Assembly (NCBI GenBank): GCA_044220955.1
Contig: JBGAQA010000058.1
Coordinates: forward strand, 1 to 41,140
Source: Sandaracinaceae bacterium
GTDB lineage: Bacteria; Myxococcota_A; Polyangia; Polyangiales; Sandaracinaceae
Reading direction: 5' to 3'
Length of the DNA stretch: 41,140 bases
Shown: positions 1 to 8,225 of the stretch, in pieces
Numbering within the stretch: the stretch's first letter is position 1
Layout of the letters: the number at the start of each line of letters is the position of its first letter
The notes under the pieces: generated by a model
The model's database searches: none
Told to the model about the DNA's origin: nothing
What the model saw: only the letters and a program-made list of their open reading frames with translations
Program-made: the position numbers and the translations under genes

Positions 1-519
1 CGGGCCGGTCGCGGCGCCGGCGCTGACCTGCGCGGCCTGCGCGGCGTGCGCGGCGCTCTGGGCCGGCGTTGTGGCGGTCTGCGGGGCCGGTGGGGCGGCC
101 GGGGCGGGGGCGGGCTTGGGAGCGGCGGCTTGTGGCGCGGGTGCGGGCGCGGCCGTGGCGGCGGGCATCCGCAGCGGCGCGGGCGCGGCTTGTGGCGCCG
201 CCGCGGCGCTCGCACCGGCCGGCCGGACGGTCACCCGCCACTCCTGCGGCTTGGGTGCATCGATCGTGACCTCGACGCGAACGTTGGCCTCGGTGATGTG
301 GAGGAACTTCGTGACGCGCGTACGCCGCAGCTCGTCGCTCGCTGCGGGCGGCGCGGCCTCTTGGACGAGCTGCAGCACCTGCGCGTGGTCGATCGGCTGG
401 TTCGACTGGCGCGTCTCTCCATCGGCGAACTTGAACCGCACGGGCTCGTTGGAGCCGACCTGGAGCTCCGCGGCTCCCTGTCGCACGAGGTGCTGCACGT
501 AGAAATCGAGCCTCAGCAT
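1..519 (-). CDS. 5' part of a gene running off the window; N-terminus resembles a degenerate PilT/type IV pilus ATPase N-domain followed by a Pro/Ala-rich linker
   Basis: Not in the ORF track (no stop in the window). ATG at 519 preceded by GGAGG reads MLRLDFYVQHLVRQGAAELQVGSNEPVRFKF...WRVTVRPAGASAAAAPQAAPAP. The family resemblance is an inference. Confidence 0.6.
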   Translation of the reverse strand, partial: MLRLDFYVQHLVRQGAAELQVGSNEPVRFKFADGETRQSNQPIDHAQVLQLVQEAAPPAASDELRRTRVTKFLHITEANVRVEVTIDAPKPQEWRVTVRPAGASAAAAPQAAPAPLRMPAATAAPAPAPQAAAPKPAPAPAAPPAPQTATTPAQSAAHAAQAAQVSAGAATGP

Positions 520-632
520 CGGGCCATCGCCTCCGCGTCACACGGTATCCCAACGTGCGACGGAAGAGGGGGCCACGATGCGTGTTACAAGACCAGCGGA
601 CCGTCGGGGAAGCGGTCGAGGAGGGGCCAGAG

Positions 633-1844
633 ATGTCGTCCGGAGCGCTCATGGAGCCATCGCCGCGCCGCGACCCACGGCTCCGCGTGCTCGGGCTCCT
701 GGCCGCGCTCGCCGTCGTCGTCCTTCTCCTCTACCTCCTGCGCGGGGTGCTCTCGCCGATCTTCTTCTCGCTCGGCATCGCGTACCTGCTCGATCCCGTG
801 GTCGATCGCTTCGAGAAGGCGGGCGTGCCGCGCGCGGCGGCGATCGCGGTCGTGCTCGCGCTCCTGGCGCTCGTCGGCGCGCTCTTCTTGCTCCTGGTGC
901 TCCCGGCGATCGTCCGGGAGGTCGTCCAGTTCGCACGGGAGCTGCCGGCGCAGCTGACCGCGCTCGACCACCAGGTCGAGCCCTGGCTCACCGAGCACGG
1001 GATCCCGGTGCCGCACACCGTCGACGAGGCGCTCGCCGAGCTCGCGCTCGCTCCGAGCGAGCTCGCGTCGCGCGCCGCCGCGCCGGCGGAGGCGATCCTG
1101 CAGTACGTGCTGGGCGGCACGGTCACCGTCATCGGCGCCGTCGCGGGCGTGCTCGTGATCCCGGTGCTCGTCTTCTACTTGCTCTACGACTTCGATCGCA
1201 TGGTGGAGGGCGCGCGCGATCTCGTCCCCGGCCGCCTCCGCCCGAAGGTCGTGGAGGTGGCGCGGGAGATCGACGCCGTGCTCGGGCAGTTCGTGCGCGG
1301 GCAGCTCCTGGTGATGATCGCGATGGGCATCCTCTACGGGATCGCGTACTCGCTCGCGGGCGTGCGCCTGGCGATCCCGATCGCGCTGGTCGCGGGCCTG
1401 CTCGCCTTCATCCCGTACGTCGGCAGCGGCTCCGCGCTCACGATGGCCCTCTTGATGTGTGTCGTGGACTGGACGGGGTGGACCAAGCCGCTGCTGGTGA
1501 TCGTCGCGTACGCGGTGTGTCAGTTCCTCGAGGGGTTCGTGGTGGTGCCGCGCATCGTCGGCGACAAGGTGGGCCTGCCGGCCGTCTGGGTGCTCGTCGC
1601 CTTGATGATCGGGGGCGAGGTCTTCGGCTTCCTCGGGGTCTTGCTCGCGGTGCCGGCCGCCGCCGTGGCCAAGATCTTCGTGGTGCGCGGCCTCGCCTGG
1701 TACCGGCGGTCGGAGGTCTACCGCGGCGTCCGCGCCCCCGGGGCCTCGTCGCCCCCGCCCGCGCCGGCCTTCGCGGCCGATCACGATCTGGTGCTCGGCG
1801 TCTCGAGCGGACCCTCCCCACCCACGGACGCCGAGGACGAGTGA
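633..1844 (+). CDS. AI-2E family (PerM/YdiK-like) transporter
   Basis: Multiple TM segments; AYLLDPVV, FVRGQL, FIPYVG, QFLEG..VPRIVGDKVGL and GFLGVLLAVP motifs. Start is ATG 633 or 651. Confidence 0.92.
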   Translation: MSSGALMEPSPRRDPRLRVLGLLAALAVVVLLLYLLRGVLSPIFFSLGIAYLLDPVVDRFEKAGVPRAAAIAVVLALLALVGALFLLLVLPAIVREVVQFARELPAQLTALDHQVEPWLTEHGIPVPHTVDEALAELALAPSELASRAAAPAEAILQYVLGGTVTVIGAVAGVLVIPVLVFYLLYDFDRMVEGARDLVPGRLRPKVVEVAREIDAVLGQFVRGQLLVMIAMGILYGIAYSLAGVRLAIPIALVAGLLAFIPYVGSGSALTMALLMCVVDWTGWTKPLLVIVAYAVCQFLEGFVVVPRIVGDKVGLPAVWVLVALMIGGEVFGFLGVLLAVPAAAVAKIFVVRGLAWYRRSEVYRGVRAPGASSPPPAPAFAADHDLVLGVSSGPSPPTDAEDE

Positions 1845-1892
1845 GGCGCGCCTCGCGCCCCGGGTCGGTCACGATCGGGCCGACACCATCGA

Positions 1893-4259
1893 TCACATGG
1901 GCGCGAGACTGACGTTCAGCGGCACGCTTCCCGAGGCGGTGATCGTCACCGAGCGCGTCATCGTGGCGAAGCCGGGGGCGGAGACCTCGACGTCCCAGGT
2001 CCCCGCGGGGACGCCCATGAAGTTGTAGTTGCCGGTTCCGTTCGTCGTCTGATCGGCCACGAGGCCGCGGTTCACGCGCACGCGCGCGCCGCTGATGGGC
2101 ATCGACGTCGCGGCGCTCACCACCTGTCCGACGAGGCCGCCCGCGCCGGGGTCGGCGCCGAGACGGACCTGGCGATGGCCTGCGACGCGCGTGAGGTAGC
2201 CGTGGGTGTCGATGCTCACCACGTGGACCACCCAGATGCCATCGGCGAGCGCGCTGCGGAGCAGCGTCGTCTGCGTGACGGGGAGGTACGTGTCGGCCGC
2301 GGTCGGCACCGTGTCGCCGTAGTGGTCGAGCGAGTAGTAGAAGCCCGTGTAGTTCGCCGCGCCGTTGGGCACCGTCCAGCTGAAGAACGCGTCATGGTTC
2401 GTCGACCACGCCGTCTCCGAGGGATGGCTCGACGAGGTCACCATCGGCGGCGTCGTGTTCAGCCGGATGCGGAACGACGTCTCGACCGTGCCCACGGCGG
2501 ACATGGCGTCGATCGGCGCGACGTGCACGTAGTTGTCGCCCGCGACGAGGGCGCTCCGGGCGACGCTCACCGCCTCGGCGGCGGCGAACGTCCCGATCGC
2601 GGGCGTCGGCACGCGGTAGCGCATCGCGTCGACGACCCAGTAGTAGCCCTGCCGCCCGGGGAACGGCCGCTCCCACGACACCGTCGCGAAGGCGAAGTCG
2701 TCGTTGTAGTAGAGGGATGGATCCGGGTGCGAGCTCGACACGAGGTCGATCGGCGGCAGCAAGCCCTGCGTGAGCACCGCGCCCGTGAGCGTGCCGGTCA
2801 CGCTCCGCATCGCGCCCGTGAGGATCTTGATGCGGCCCTGGCCGCCGGTCCCGCCCCAGGTGCCGGAGGTGAGCCCGGCGCCCGCCGCCGTGATCGCGCC
2901 GCTCACGATCACCGTGTCGGCGGCGAGGAGCACGCCGCCGCCGGCGCCGCCGCCCGTCGAGAGACCGCTCGAGCCCGCCGCATAGATGCCGGGCAGGCCG
3001 TCCGCCGAGATCTGGCCCTGCACCGTGATGCGATCGGAGGCGACGAGCCGCAGCCGGCCGCCGCCGGGCGAGCGCGGAGACGAGCTCCCGCTCACGCCGC
3101 CGCCGGGTCCGCCGCGCCCGACGACCGAGTCCGTGGCCGACCCGAACGCCGGGCCGCCACTCGTGCATGGTGATCCCGAGGAGCCCGTCGGTCCGATGGT
3201 GCCGCTCGTGCCGTGGCCGCCGCCGGAGCCGCCGTTGAAGCCGCCGCTGCAGAAGCGACCGTCCTGGCCCACGCCGTCGGGCCCGAGGCCGGTGGCGCTG
3301 ACCGCGATCGAGCCGCCGCTCTCGACGGTGATCGTGCGAGCGCGGATGGTGAGGTCGCCGCCGGGGCTGCGGAGCGTGGCGCCGCTGCGGACCAGCACGT
3401 CGCCGTCGACCAGGACCTCCCCGTCGAGATCCATGTTCGAGGCGACGTCGAGCCCGTCCAGCGCGCACGTGCCGTAGGCACAGAACGTCGCCGCGCAGGT
3501 CTGCACCGTGGTCCACGCGGTGCCGGCGGCGTCGCACTGCTCGACGGCGCTCCCGTTGCAGCGTCGCTCGGCGGGGGTGCACGCGCCGGTGCAGAGCCCG
3601 GCGCTGCACGTGTTCGCGCAGGTGCTCACGTGGAGCCACGCGGTGCCCGCGCTGTTGCAGACCTCGACCGAGCGCGCGTTGCAGCGATAGGCGCTCGGCG
3701 TGCACGTGACCGACGTGGTGCAGGCGCCTGCGCTGCAGTCGAGCGCGCACATCTGCTCGAAGACGTAGGCGCCGGCCGCGCAGACCTCGAGCGCCGCCCC
3801 GCTGCACCGGCGCGCTCCGGTCGTGCAGCCCGCGGCGTCCATGCCTGCGTCGCCCGGTGGGGTCGCGCTGTCGGTGCCCGTCGCGGCGTCGTCGGCGCTC
3901 GCCGCGTCCATGCCCGTGCCCGTGTCCTGCCCGGGCTGTCCGGCGTCGGTGGTCATCGCGGCGTCGTTGCCGGGCGCCGCGTCGCCGCCATCGCCTGCGC
4001 CCACGTCGCCTGCGCCCCCGTCGGTCGTCGAGACGCAGCCGGCGTGCACGTCGCATCGCAGGGCGCCGCCGCACACCGCGTCGACGGTGACGTGGCGGCA
4101 GAAGCCGTCGACCCCGCAGCTGTCCACGGTGCAGTCGTGGGCGTCGACGCAGTGCTCGTCGCGGGTGCACGGCTCGTCGCCGCTCGGGGGCGTGCTGCCG
4201 CTGCAGCCGGCGAGGAAACAGAGAGCGCCGAGGAAGAGAGGAGCGTGGAAGCGGTTCAT
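1893..4259 (-). CDS. Large Cys-rich lipoprotein: Cys repeats, Gly-rich region, two tandem Ig/FN3-like repeats, C-terminal carboxypeptidase-regulatory-like domain
   Basis: Lipobox LAGC; GAGGA RBS; CT.xxRRC.G..VEVC repeats; duplicated SSSHP...SW...GYY/GFYY...VPT units; C-terminal GQVVSA..PISGARV...TNGTGNYNF.GVPAGTWDVEVSAPGF. Confidence 0.85.
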   Translation of the reverse strand: MNRFHAPLFLGALCFLAGCSGSTPPSGDEPCTRDEHCVDAHDCTVDSCGVDGFCRHVTVDAVCGGALRCDVHAGCVSTTDGGAGDVGAGDGGDAAPGNDAAMTTDAGQPGQDTGTGMDAASADDAATGTDSATPPGDAGMDAAGCTTGARRCSGAALEVCAAGAYVFEQMCALDCSAGACTTSVTCTPSAYRCNARSVEVCNSAGTAWLHVSTCANTCSAGLCTGACTPAERRCNGSAVEQCDAAGTAWTTVQTCAATFCAYGTCALDGLDVASNMDLDGEVLVDGDVLVRSGATLRSPGGDLTIRARTITVESGGSIAVSATGLGPDGVGQDGRFCSGGFNGGSGGGHGTSGTIGPTGSSGSPCTSGGPAFGSATDSVVGRGGPGGGVSGSSSPRSPGGGRLRLVASDRITVQGQISADGLPGIYAAGSSGLSTGGGAGGGVLLAADTVIVSGAITAAGAGLTSGTWGGTGGQGRIKILTGAMRSVTGTLTGAVLTQGLLPPIDLVSSSHPDPSLYYNDDFAFATVSWERPFPGRQGYYWVVDAMRYRVPTPAIGTFAAAEAVSVARSALVAGDNYVHVAPIDAMSAVGTVETSFRIRLNTTPPMVTSSSHPSETAWSTNHDAFFSWTVPNGAANYTGFYYSLDHYGDTVPTAADTYLPVTQTTLLRSALADGIWVVHVVSIDTHGYLTRVAGHRQVRLGADPGAGGLVGQVVSAATSMPISGARVRVNRGLVADQTTNGTGNYNFMGVPAGTWDVEVSAPGFATMTRSVTITASGSVPLNVSLAPM

Positions 4260-4401
4260 GGGGTCCTCGCGAGCGAGAGAGGCGGCGGGGAAGATAGCCC
4301 ACGGCCCGACGCTGCTACGTCGGCGAGCGCACGGAGCTACCCGCGGCGCCCGGCGGGGTGTGCGCTAACGCCCGCCCGCCGACACGCTCGCGAGGCGCTC
4401 G

Positions 4402-5253
4402 TCAGCCCGCCGCGCGCAGGGTCCGGTGCTCGGCGGCGAGCAGCGCGTCGAGCTGGGCGCGACCCCAGGCGAGCAGGTCGGCGTCGTCGATCCGATCGGG
4501 ATGGAAGCCCGGCCGGTAGTACGCGAGGTAGCTGGGCAGCGCGCCCGCGAGCACGCCGCGCGGTCCGAACATCCGCCACGCGGAGCGGCGACGCGCGGCG
4601 CGGTCGGACGCGAGGCCCTCCTCGCGGAGAAGTCGCCTGTGCCGGCGCGTGACGCGCGAGAGGAAGGTGACCGTCACGAGCGCCATCATCGCCACGCGCA
4701 TGCGATACGTGCCGCCGCTCTGCGCGTAGACGTCGAACGCGACCGACTTGTGCTCCAGCTCCTCGATCGCGTGCCAGAGCCAGAGCGGTCGCACGTCCTC
4801 GTGCATGTCCGCGAGCAGCTCGGGGTGCGCGAGCAGCGCGGCGGCGAGGATCGCCGTGAAGTGCTCGAGCGCGCAGGTCGCCGCGAGGCGGCGCGCCGGG
4901 GAGAGCAGCTCGTTCTGCTTCATGCGCGCCTCGATCTCGCGATCGAGCTCGGCGACCGGCAGGCCGAGCGAGGTGAGCCAGTCGTTGAACTCCACGTGCG
5001 CGCGGCTGTGGTTCACCTCCTGTCCGATGAAGTCGCGCACGGCCTGCACGAGGCGCGGATCGCGGACCCGGTCCTTGTGCGCGCGCACGGCCTCCACGAA
5101 CATCTTCTCGCCGCGCGGAAAGACGATCGAGAGGGCGTTGAAGAGCTGCGTCGAGACGGGGTCGCCCGTGATCCAGTGGCGCGGTGTCGTCCCGTCGAGG
5201 TGCAGGCGCAGCGGGCGGGGGAGGATCGTGCGCTCGGCGCTCGCGTGGCTCAC
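4402..5253 (-). CDS. Predicted metal-dependent hydrolase (PF10118-like)
   Basis: FPRGE, QEVNHSRAH, TCALEHFTA and WHAIEELEHKSVAFDVY motifs typical of the family; GTG start. Confidence 0.9.
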   Translation of the reverse strand: MSHASAERTILPRPLRLHLDGTTPRHWITGDPVSTQLFNALSIVFPRGEKMFVEAVRAHKDRVRDPRLVQAVRDFIGQEVNHSRAHVEFNDWLTSLGLPVAELDREIEARMKQNELLSPARRLAATCALEHFTAILAAALLAHPELLADMHEDVRPLWLWHAIEELEHKSVAFDVYAQSGGTYRMRVAMMALVTVTFLSRVTRRHRRLLREEGLASDRAARRRSAWRMFGPRGVLAGALPSYLAYYRPGFHPDRIDDADLLAWGRAQLDALLAAEHRTLRAAG

Positions 5254-5289
5254 GAGGGACGAAGGTAGCAGGCGCGGGAGCGAGGGCGA

Positions 5290-6846
5290 CTACCCGTCGA
5301 TCGGCACGCTCGGGAACTCGCTCCCTCGCGTCGCCTCCGCCTCGACGGCCTTCATCGCCGCGAGCACGACCTCCTCGCGCCACGGACGGCCGACGAGCTG
5401 CACGCCGATCGGCAGGCCCGCGCTGCCGCGCTGGATCTGCGCCGCCTTCTTGTCGAGGCGGTCGGCCTTCTCCCTCCGCTCCGTCTCGTCCGCGCGCACG
5501 CGCGTGATCGGCAGCACGCCCGCCGGCAGGTTCAGGAGGTTGTAGCGGGTCGTGTACACCGCGGCGGCGGTGAAGTCGCCCGTCGAGCCGTGCTGCGGCG
5601 CGGGCGTCGCCGTCGCGGGGCAGAGCACGAGATCGAGCCGCTCGGCGTTCCACGCGTCGAGCTCGTCGCGTTGCATGGCGGTGCGCTCGCGCGCGAGGCC
5701 CCAGACCTCGGCGACGCTCTTCTTGCCTGCGACGGACAGGATGTCGGCCAGGCGCTTCTCGCCGGCCGCGCGGGCGAGGCGGCTCAGCTGCCGCAGGAGC
5801 GCGCGCGGGCTCGATCCGAGCCGACGGTTCAGGGCGACCGGCGCGATCACGGGGTCCTTGCCGAGCGCTGCGTCCATGACCTCCATCCCGTCGGCGCTGA
5901 GCCCTGCCGCCATCAGGAGGTAGTGCTCGTTCGCGTGGGGCGGGGTGAACTCCACGATCGTCGCGCCCGCACGCCGCAGGATCTCCGCTGCCTCGCGCAC
6001 CGCGCGTCGACTCGTCGCGCAGGGCGTCACGTAGCCGTCGTCCTCGTACACCCCGACGCGAAGGCCACGCACCGCGACGCCCGCCGGGTCGCCCCTCGCG
6101 ATGGGCGCCCACTCCGGATCGAGCGCGGCGTGCAGCGGCGTGTCGATCGCGCGGAACAGGAGCACCAGGTCGTCCACGCAGCGCGCCATCGGGCCGATCT
6201 GCGAGCGCACGAGCTCCTGGCCGGCCAGGAGGCCGATGCTCCCGCGGTTGGACCAGCGGTTCAGCGTGGGCTTGAGCGCGACGGTCGCGGTGTAGCCGGC
6301 GGGGATCCGCACCGAGCCGCCGATGTCGGTGCCGACGCCCAGCACGCTCTGGCCGCTCGCGAGCGCCGCCGCTTCGCCGCCGCTCGAGCCGCCGGGCGTG
6401 CGCTCGTGCGCCCACGGGTTGTTGCAGGTCCCGTAGACGTGGTTGGTGGTCTCCATCGCGATCAGCGTCTGCGGGATGTTCGTCTTGCCGATCGGGATCG
6501 CGCCCTGCTCCTTCAGGAGGCGCACCGTCACGGCGTCGGTCTTCCCGCGGTAGGCACGGCGCGACTCCACGCCGAGCGTGCTCGGCGTGCCGGCGACCTC
6601 GATGTTCTCCTTGATCGTGATCGGCAGCCCGCCGAGGGCGCCCACGTCCTCTCCCCGCGCGCGGCGGGCGTCGAGCGCGTCGGCCGCGGCGAGCGCCGTC
6701 TCGTCCATCGTCAAGACGATCGCGTTGGTCTTGCGGCCGACGGCGTCGCGCCGGGCGATGAGCGCGCGGACGATCTCCGCGCTCGAGACCTGCTTGTTCC
6801 TGAGCTGGTCGAGGAGGTCGACCGCGCGTGCGTCGTGGAGGCTCAC
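5290..6846 (-). CDS. Amidase signature family protein (FAAH-like)
   Basis: IKEN (Lys), GGSSGGEA and GTDIGGSVRIPA (Ser-cisSer-Lys triad); GLPIGVQLVGRPWREE C-terminus. Confidence 0.93.
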   Translation of the reverse strand: MSLHDARAVDLLDQLRNKQVSSAEIVRALIARRDAVGRKTNAIVLTMDETALAAADALDARRARGEDVGALGGLPITIKENIEVAGTPSTLGVESRRAYRGKTDAVTVRLLKEQGAIPIGKTNIPQTLIAMETTNHVYGTCNNPWAHERTPGGSSGGEAAALASGQSVLGVGTDIGGSVRIPAGYTATVALKPTLNRWSNRGSIGLLAGQELVRSQIGPMARCVDDLVLLFRAIDTPLHAALDPEWAPIARGDPAGVAVRGLRVGVYEDDGYVTPCATSRRAVREAAEILRRAGATIVEFTPPHANEHYLLMAAGLSADGMEVMDAALGKDPVIAPVALNRRLGSSPRALLRQLSRLARAAGEKRLADILSVAGKKSVAEVWGLARERTAMQRDELDAWNAERLDLVLCPATATPAPQHGSTGDFTAAAVYTTRYNLLNLPAGVLPITRVRADETERREKADRLDKKAAQIQRGSAGLPIGVQLVGRPWREEVVLAAMKAVEAEATRGSEFPSVPIDG

Positions 6847-6932
6847 CCCCGGGGCGATAACACGTTTCGCCGCTCGCCGAACACCCTTGCTCCGGGCGCC
6901 AGAGCCGCGCGAACATCGACCCCGGAGGAGCC

Positions 6933-7448
6933 ATGAGCGGAGCCGCCGGCACGTCGTGCGAGAACTGCGGAGCGCCCTACGAGGACGGCCTCGCGAGCTG
7001 CGCCTTCTGCGACATGCCCATCGTGGGGCGCAGCTCGGGGGTGCGCTGCCCCGCGTGCAGCGAGCTGAACACCGCCGACCGGCGCGCGTGCGCGATGTGC
7101 AACCACGCGTTCACCAAGGGCTGCGTGTTCTGCGGGAAGGTCGCGTTCCTCACCGCGACCGCGTGCCCCGGCTGCAACGAGGCCTTCCAGGGCGCCGAGC
7201 AGCGCAAGTCCCAGCGGGAGGCGCAGCAGAAGCAGCAGCAGCAGATGCAGCTCGCGCAGCAGGGGCTCGGAGCCGTGGCGAGCTTCGCGACGTCGGCGGC
7301 GGGACAGGGCCTCATCCAGAGCCTCACGGGGCAGCACGGCGGCGGCTCGCACCACGCGCCGCAGCAGCACGGAGGCGGCGGCGCGGGGCTCCTCGGGCAG
7401 CTCTTCGACGCCGTCATCCACTCGAACGACAAGAACATCAAGCGATAG
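6933..7448 (+). CDS. Multi-zinc-ribbon protein with Gln/Gly/His-rich tail
   Basis: Six CxxC pairs (CENC, CAFC, CPAC, CAMC, CVFC, CPGC); GGAGGA RBS. Confidence 0.85.
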   Translation: MSGAAGTSCENCGAPYEDGLASCAFCDMPIVGRSSGVRCPACSELNTADRRACAMCNHAFTKGCVFCGKVAFLTATACPGCNEAFQGAEQRKSQREAQQKQQQQMQLAQQGLGAVASFATSAAGQGLIQSLTGQHGGGSHHAPQQHGGGGAGLLGQLFDAVIHSNDKNIKR

Positions 7449-7457
7449 GTCGGGGCG

Positions 7458-8225
7458 ATGGATCTGAAAGGTCGAGTGGCCGTCGTCACGGGCGGCGCAT
7501 CGGGGCTCGGACGCGCGACCGTGATCGCGCTGGCCGAGCGCGGCGCGATGGTGGGGATCGTCGATCGCGACGGAGACCGCGCCAAGGCGCTCGCGGACGA
7601 GCTCGGCGGGCACGCGTGGGCGAGCGCGGCCGACGTGTCCGACGAGGCGCAGATGCAGCGCGCGATCGACGAGGCAGCCGCGCGCGGCGCGATCGCCGTC
7701 GCCGTGGCGTGCGCGGGTGTCGGGTGGGCGGCGCGCACCGTCGACAAGGAGGGCAAGGCGCACGACCTCGCGCTCTTCCGCAAGGTCATCGACGTGAACC
7801 TCGTCGGGACGTTCAACCTCGTCCGGATCGCGGCCGCCGCGATGCAGAGGAACGCGCCCGACGCGGGCGGCCAGCGCGGCGTGATCGTGTGCACCGCGTC
7901 GGTCGCCGCGTTCGACGGGCAGATCGGGCAGATCGCCTACTCGGCGTCGAAGGGCGGCGTCGCGGCGATGACGCTCCCCGCGGCGCGCGACCTCTCGAAG
8001 ATCGGCGTGCGCGTGATGACCATCGCGCCCGGGACGTTCGACACGCCGATGCTCGCCATGCTCCCCGACGAGGCCAAGCGCTCGCTCGCTGCCGCCATCC
8101 CGAATCCGTCGAGGCTCGGCGACCCGAGGGAGTTCGGCGCGCTCGCCGTCCACATCGCCGAGAACGACTACTTGAACGGCGAGGTCATCCGTCTCGACGG
8201 TGCGCTCCGCATGGCGCCCCGGTAG
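7458..8225 (+). CDS. SDR oxidoreductase, 3-hydroxyacyl-CoA dehydrogenase type II (HSD10-like)
   Basis: TGGASGLG, NLVGTFN, ASVAAFDGQIGQIAYSASKGG, IAPGTFDTPML, YLNGEVIRLDGALRM. Confidence 0.95.
   Translation: MDLKGRVAVVTGGASGLGRATVIALAERGAMVGIVDRDGDRAKALADELGGHAWASAADVSDEAQMQRAIDEAAARGAIAVAVACAGVGWAARTVDKEGKAHDLALFRKVIDVNLVGTFNLVRIAAAAMQRNAPDAGGQRGVIVCTASVAAFDGQIGQIAYSASKGGVAAMTLPAARDLSKIGVRVMTIAPGTFDTPMLAMLPDEAKRSLAAAIPNPSRLGDPREFGALAVHIAENDYLNGEVIRLDGALRMAPR

Noticed and set aside
4306..4323. Palindrome CCGACG-N6-CGTCGG upstream of the 788-aa lipoprotein
   Set aside because: GC-rich 6-bp arms are common at this composition and there is no second instance.
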